A DNA stretch of 64,000 nucleotides from Mantamonas sphyraenae STR306. Its lineage: Eukaryota; Protista; CRuMs. The stretch lies in contig JAPMXV010000049.1 of the NCBI GenBank assembly GCA_026936335.1, forward strand, positions 496,001-560,000, written 5' to 3'. The translations under genes were made by a program, and so were the position numbers. Shown piece by piece: positions 59,401 to 64,000 of the stretch. Position 1 is the stretch's first letter. Each line of letters starts with the position of its first letter. Under the pieces are notes generated by a model. It had not been told where the DNA came from and made no database searches. It worked only from the letters and a program-made list of their open reading frames with translations.

Positions 59401-62400
59401 TGCTGTGATCAATCCGTAGTCCAAATCCTCGAGGTACGCGTCGCCGTCGTCGTCCAAGTACGTCTCTGCAATCTGCATGGCCACGTCGTACCGATCTTCC
59501 GACTCTTCGTCTTCTGCGCAGATTTGACGGAATCGCGCGGCCAGCTCGAGCAACTCGAGCGGTTCCACGTCTGCGCTGTGGTCTTTGACGTACGTCCACA
59601 CGTCTGCCACTTTCAATGCGCTCACGACTGGGTCCTGCCACAGCGCAAGCAAAGGTCTCAGGGCCTCCAGCTCGGGATCCGGAGTGGCCTCGTCATCATC
59701 GTTGGTGTTGTCAGTTGCAACGCGATTATAGACGGGCACAGTCGACTCGGTGGCCTTTGTCGATTCCACACTCGGTTCAGGTTGGCTCTCGCTCTCCGCT
59801 GTGGCTGTGGCAGCCTGTGCTTGTGCAGCCGTGGCATCCAAGACGCTCTGGACACGCTCGTCGACGACGACTGTCTTCTTTTTCGTGGGCGGGCGGCGCT
59901 TGGGACGGCCTGCGCGTCGACCTTTGGTCGGATGCTCGAGTTTCTTGGGGGCGGCAGGTTTCTTCTTTGGAGGCGGCCCACCCATTCCTGGCAAACCCAT
60001 GGGGATGCTGAGGCCAGCTGCACGTTGTGCGACTGTGGAGCCGCGCGCACGCCCGCCTGCGGCGGGTGGCGACGATTCTGCGCCTCCAGGAACGCCCATG
60101 GGAATGTTGAGCCCTGCGGCTCGCTGTGAAATGGTGGCGCCACGTGTGCGTCCTCCAGACGTAGGTGGAGATGGAGAGCCACCCATGGCCATTCCCATGC
60201 CCCCGGGAGCTCCCATGGGGATGTTAAGACTTGCAAGGCGCGAAGCTACTGTCGAGCCGCGGCCGCGACGTGGAGGTCCACCGTCCTCCGTGTTCTCGTT
60301 CTTCTGTGCCGCTTCGGCGGCCTGGGCCACAGCCAAACTGGCCTTGATCTGGTCCAACTTTGAGGGCAGACGCTCACGCTTCGCGCCGTCGCCGGTGCTC
60401 GTTGTGCTCGTTGTGCTTGCTTCGTCGGAAGTGGCCGCATCTTTGCCGTCCTCGTTTCCCATCGTCCCCGTGGTCTCAGATGTGGACTCTTGGTCCAACG
60501 TTGCATGATCAGACGCGACAGATGGGGTGGATACAGGCGGTGAAGCTGACTGGCCGGGAAAGGGGATGTTCAAGCCGGCGCTGCGGTCGCCCACGCTCGA
60601 GGCGCCTCGCTTTCGGCCTCCCGAAGGTGGCGGAGGTGACGGACTTCCCATTGGGATGTTGAGGCCTGCAATGCGCGAGGCAACCGTGGAACCACGTCCA
60701 CGTTGTGGGCTGTTGTTGTCCCGTTCCCGGCTCTGAGCCTCCTGTGCAGCCTGTGCCACTGCAAGGTTGGCTTTGATTTGATCCAGTTTGGACTGCGAGC
60801 GCTGCTTGGGAGCATCTTCTTGCTTCTGTGTTGTCTCTGCCTCTTTGTCGTTGCCAGATGTGTTTGGTGTCGGCATGCTCTCCTGCGCTGCGGAGGCTGT
60901 GTCCACTTGCGCAACATCTGCAGTAGCTGCAGTAGCTGCAGTGGCTGCGGCCTTGCTGCTGGTGGATTCGTCGTCGGTGTTGCTCACGACTGCGCGGCGT
61001 TGCTGATTCAGCGAGCGTTGCAGGTTCAGCAAGCGTGGCATGTGTTTGCTCACTTGCTTCGTGTCCAGATCCAACTGGACGCCCAGGTTGCACATGTTGC
61101 TCTGTCTTCGGTTGCCTTTGCTCTGTTGCCACGCATCAACACGAGTGAACGGCCCTCGTACGTTCTGCACGTCGCCTTTCACCTGGTTCAGCCTTTCAAA
61201 CGCCTTTCCCGAGCCACTCTTTTTGGCAATCGACGTGGGGGCGTCCGAGTCGCCGTATTTGGCCGCCAGGCGCTCGATCTTGCTCGACGATGTCACCAGA
61301 GTGTGTGTCTCGTGACTGTACTCCGACAGCATCTGTTCCCACACCTTCCATCCTGTGCTTCGCGCAGCCTGTTCTTCCTCCTGCCTCTTCCTCTCTGCCT
61401 CTTCCTCCTGCCGCTTCCGCTCTGCCTCTTCCTCTTGCCGCTTCCTCTCCGCCTCTTCCTCCTGCCTCTTCCTCTCTGCCTCTTCCTCCTGCCGCTTCCG
61501 CTCCGCCTCTTCCTCTTGCCTCTTCCGCTCCGCCTCCTCCTCCTGCCTCTTCCGCTCCGCCTCCTCCTCCTGCCTCTTCCGCTCCGCCTCCTCCTCCTGC
61601 CTCTTCCGCTCCGCCTCCTCCTCCTGCCTCTTCCTCTCTGCCTCAGCTTCCGCTTGCATGGTCTTGTACACGGCACGGGCTGCACGACCGCGCTCAAGCC
61701 GTTGCAACAGCTGCACGGCTGCTCGCATGTTGCGAAACCCCTTGCGTTGAATGCGTCCTCGTACGATGCGCTGGATGTTGCGTGCACTACGCTGCTGCCG
61801 AGCCTGCTGCCGGCCTTGGTGCCCGCGCACGACGCGCTGCACCTGCATGGCTGCGTCTCGCTTGGCAACAAACGCGCGTCGTGCACACATACGCCGCACT
61901 GCACTTTGTACCACCACAGCTGCTGAAATACGCCGCTTCGCTTCGGCTCGCACAAGGAACCCGCGTGCAACTGCCTGCATCTTGACCACAGCGACGCGCA
62001 TCAACTTGAACCGCCGCCTCTGCAGGCACCCACGCAGCCAGCTTTGGATACGTGCAGCGACATCATGCAGAGCCTCTTTGCGCTTCTCGTCCATCACTGC
62101 GTACTTGTCCTCCTTCAGAAACACTTTGCTCTTGCCAAGCAAAAAGTCACCTTCCTCAAGTCCCGCCGTTTCCAACAGCAACGACACTGCTTGATCGAAT
62201 CCGTTGCTTGTGTCCAGCTGTTCGCGTCCGGCCACACAGCCATATCGCTCCAGGAACTCCAGGTAGTCTCGCCGCACGGGGAAGCCTGCCTTGCGGATGC
62301 GAATGGACTCCAGCATGCCTGCGTACCGCAGCTGCCTGAGCACAAGGTCGGCGTCAAACAAGCTTGCGCTTTTTTGCATGTTTGGCTTGATGCACCGGAT

Positions 62401-64000
62401 GTAGTGCGTCTCTGTCGCTGCCAGTGTCTTGATCAGCGTGCTCAGCTGTGACTTGAACTGTCCACCCACAGTCTGCACCTTCTTTCCGCCTGTGCTTCCT
62501 CGCTTGCTGCCCGACCTTCCACTATCTTCCGACTTGCTGTTGCTCGATTTGTCACCCAGCTCCTGCTGCTTGCGTTCCCACAGCGACAGCTTCTTGGCCG
62601 GCTTGGCTGCCTCCTTTGCGGCCGTGGCCTCCTCCTCCTTGCGCCTCGCCTCCTCCTCCGCTGCCTCTTTGTCCACAAACATGTCGCTAATGAGCGAGAG
62701 TTGCGAGGTGCGCATGAGCTTGAGCAGATCGTCTGGCACGCTGTCCTTATTCTTGTCCAGAAACCCGCGGTTGTGGTAGACCACCTCGCCGGCGTAATGA
62801 AGCACACCAAACGAGTCCTTTGACCCGTTGATCGAGTTGTAGTGTGGGTTTTCGCCGTGGTTTTGGTGCAGCTTTGCCACCAGTGTCTCGTCCGTGGCTT
62901 TGGGGAACCGCGACTCTTCGTCCAGGAGAGACAGCACGCCCATCTTGGATTCGATCATATGCAAACACTCGACGTTGTCCACAAAATCAATGTCCTGCCA
63001 AGTGATACCCTCGTCCTTGTACGCCTGTTGCTCCTGCTTGAAAATGTGGTTGTTGAACAACTGCTGCAACTTTTCGTTGGCGTAGTTGATGCACAGCTGT
63101 TCGAAGGAATTGACATCGAAGCTTTCAAAACCAAAGATGTCTAGGATGCCGATGAAGTTGGCATAGTCGTCATTGGCCATGACGAGGTTGATCTGCATGA
63201 TGAGCCAGTCAAACAGCTTGCCGTAGATGTCCTTGCTGAGGGCGTCGCGCGACTCGATAGCCTTGTCGACGCTGAGGGGGATGGTAAATACCTCGCCGCG
63301 CATGGTCATTTCGCGCTGTGTCAGGGCGGTGACGAGTTCGGCCGTGTCGACGCCCAACAGACTGCATGCTGCCTCGACGGCGTCCATGGCATTAATCTCG
63401 GCGCATTCGTTGTTCGACGCGTCCATACGGCCGTCAAAGGAGATGTTGCCCAGATGCAGGATGCCGGACAGGATCTGCCAAATTTGAATCTGCAGTTGCG
63501 TGTCGATGCCAAGAACGCCCATTGCCGTCTTGAGATCATGAAAATCCTGTGCGTCGTCCACGTTGTTGACATTGTAGCATTGGCTGCAGTTCAGATAGTG
63601 GTAGTCCTCGGGCTGGCCAAGCATGAGCTCCTTTCGCAGGGCAGCGTCTACGCCCCGCAGAAGCTGGTAGAACACATGGTAGTTGCGCTCACCCACAGCC
63701 TGGTAGACCAAACGTGACTTTTCGAGCAGGTAGTTGACTACGTTTGCGCCAACAATCTGGCCCGAGCGGTTGAAGAGCACCTTGATGAATTTGCCAAAGC
63801 GAGACGAGTTGTCATTGCGCAACGTTTTTGCGTTGCCAAACGCCTCGAGGACAGGATTGGCCTGGAGGATCTGATCCTGGACTGTGCTTTGGACACCCGA
63901 GCAGGCAGCCATGTACTGTAGGACAATCTTTGTGGCCTCGGTTTTGCCGGCTCCGCTTTCACCGCTAGGATGCACACGAGGATAGCGTATGGAAGAGTGT
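56451..64000 (-). CDS. Myosin (5' end outside the window): motor, IQ motifs, SAH, repeat-rich tail with an RGS domain and CPI motifs, C-terminal Kelch repeats; apparent 1-nt deletion near 56831
   Basis: GESGAGKT, LEAFGNAKT.RNDNSSRFGK, LDIFGFE, FEQLCINYANEKLQ and RCIKPN, followed by ~6 IQ motifs. Kelch GG repeats continue into the 56451-57071 frame. There is an acceptor CCTAG near 63966. Confidence 0.95.
58321..59098. repeat. Near-identical ~300-bp direct repeat (58321-58617 and 58801-59098) in the myosin tail
   Basis: The same sequence recurs at a 480-bp offset and encodes the GGHNRTKSIAERAAG..LSHPTKGRAGRPKRRPPTKKTTMSVDER module. Confidence 0.92.
61372..61641. repeat. 27-bp coding tandem repeat (~10 copies) encoding EEEAERKRQ, a predicted single alpha-helix
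   Basis: Directly visible in both the DNA and the translation. Confidence 0.92.

Noticed and set aside
61372-61641. Regular 27-bp repeats that might suggest a CRISPR-like array
   Set aside because: They have no spacers, are in-frame coding repeats of the myosin SAH, and there are no cas genes.

Overview
Gene-dense, GC-rich nuclear DNA from a eukaryote, most likely an unidentified unicellular protist. It carries about 24 protein-coding genes with short spliceosomal introns and very small intergenic gaps (as little as 9-80 bp). I found no rRNA, tRNA, CRISPR array or transposon. Recognisable genes are NEIL1, a ZDHHC4/Swf1-type palmitoyltransferase, a two-repeat Myb protein, NSF, a GT41 OGT-like enzyme, a ZnF-UBP/SIRT6-type sirtuin, an LRR-RBR E3 ligase, ArgRS, FANCJ, a MaoC dehydratase, HBS1, PTGR3/ZADH2, CtIP/Sae2, a NudC-family protein and a myosin. 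About eight reading frames are each one base short, mostly at short homopolymers, which is most likely assembly error; repairing them reveals genes that the ORF track splits. Main leads: (1) an intronless ~1160-aa protein with a phage-type HhH DNA-glycosylase-fold domain, head-to-head with FANCJ; (2) a myosin whose tail combines an SAH, an RGS domain, four capping-protein-interaction (CPI) motifs and a Kelch propeller; (3) two collinear giant coiled-coil paralogues with intermediate-filament-like motifs, one ending in a GAS2/GAR domain; (4) an OGT-family enzyme with a predicted signal peptide; (5) a MAP70-like protein and an NSF with a degenerate PPPDE-like N-terminal extension. All family assignments come from motif recognition by eye, with no database search.
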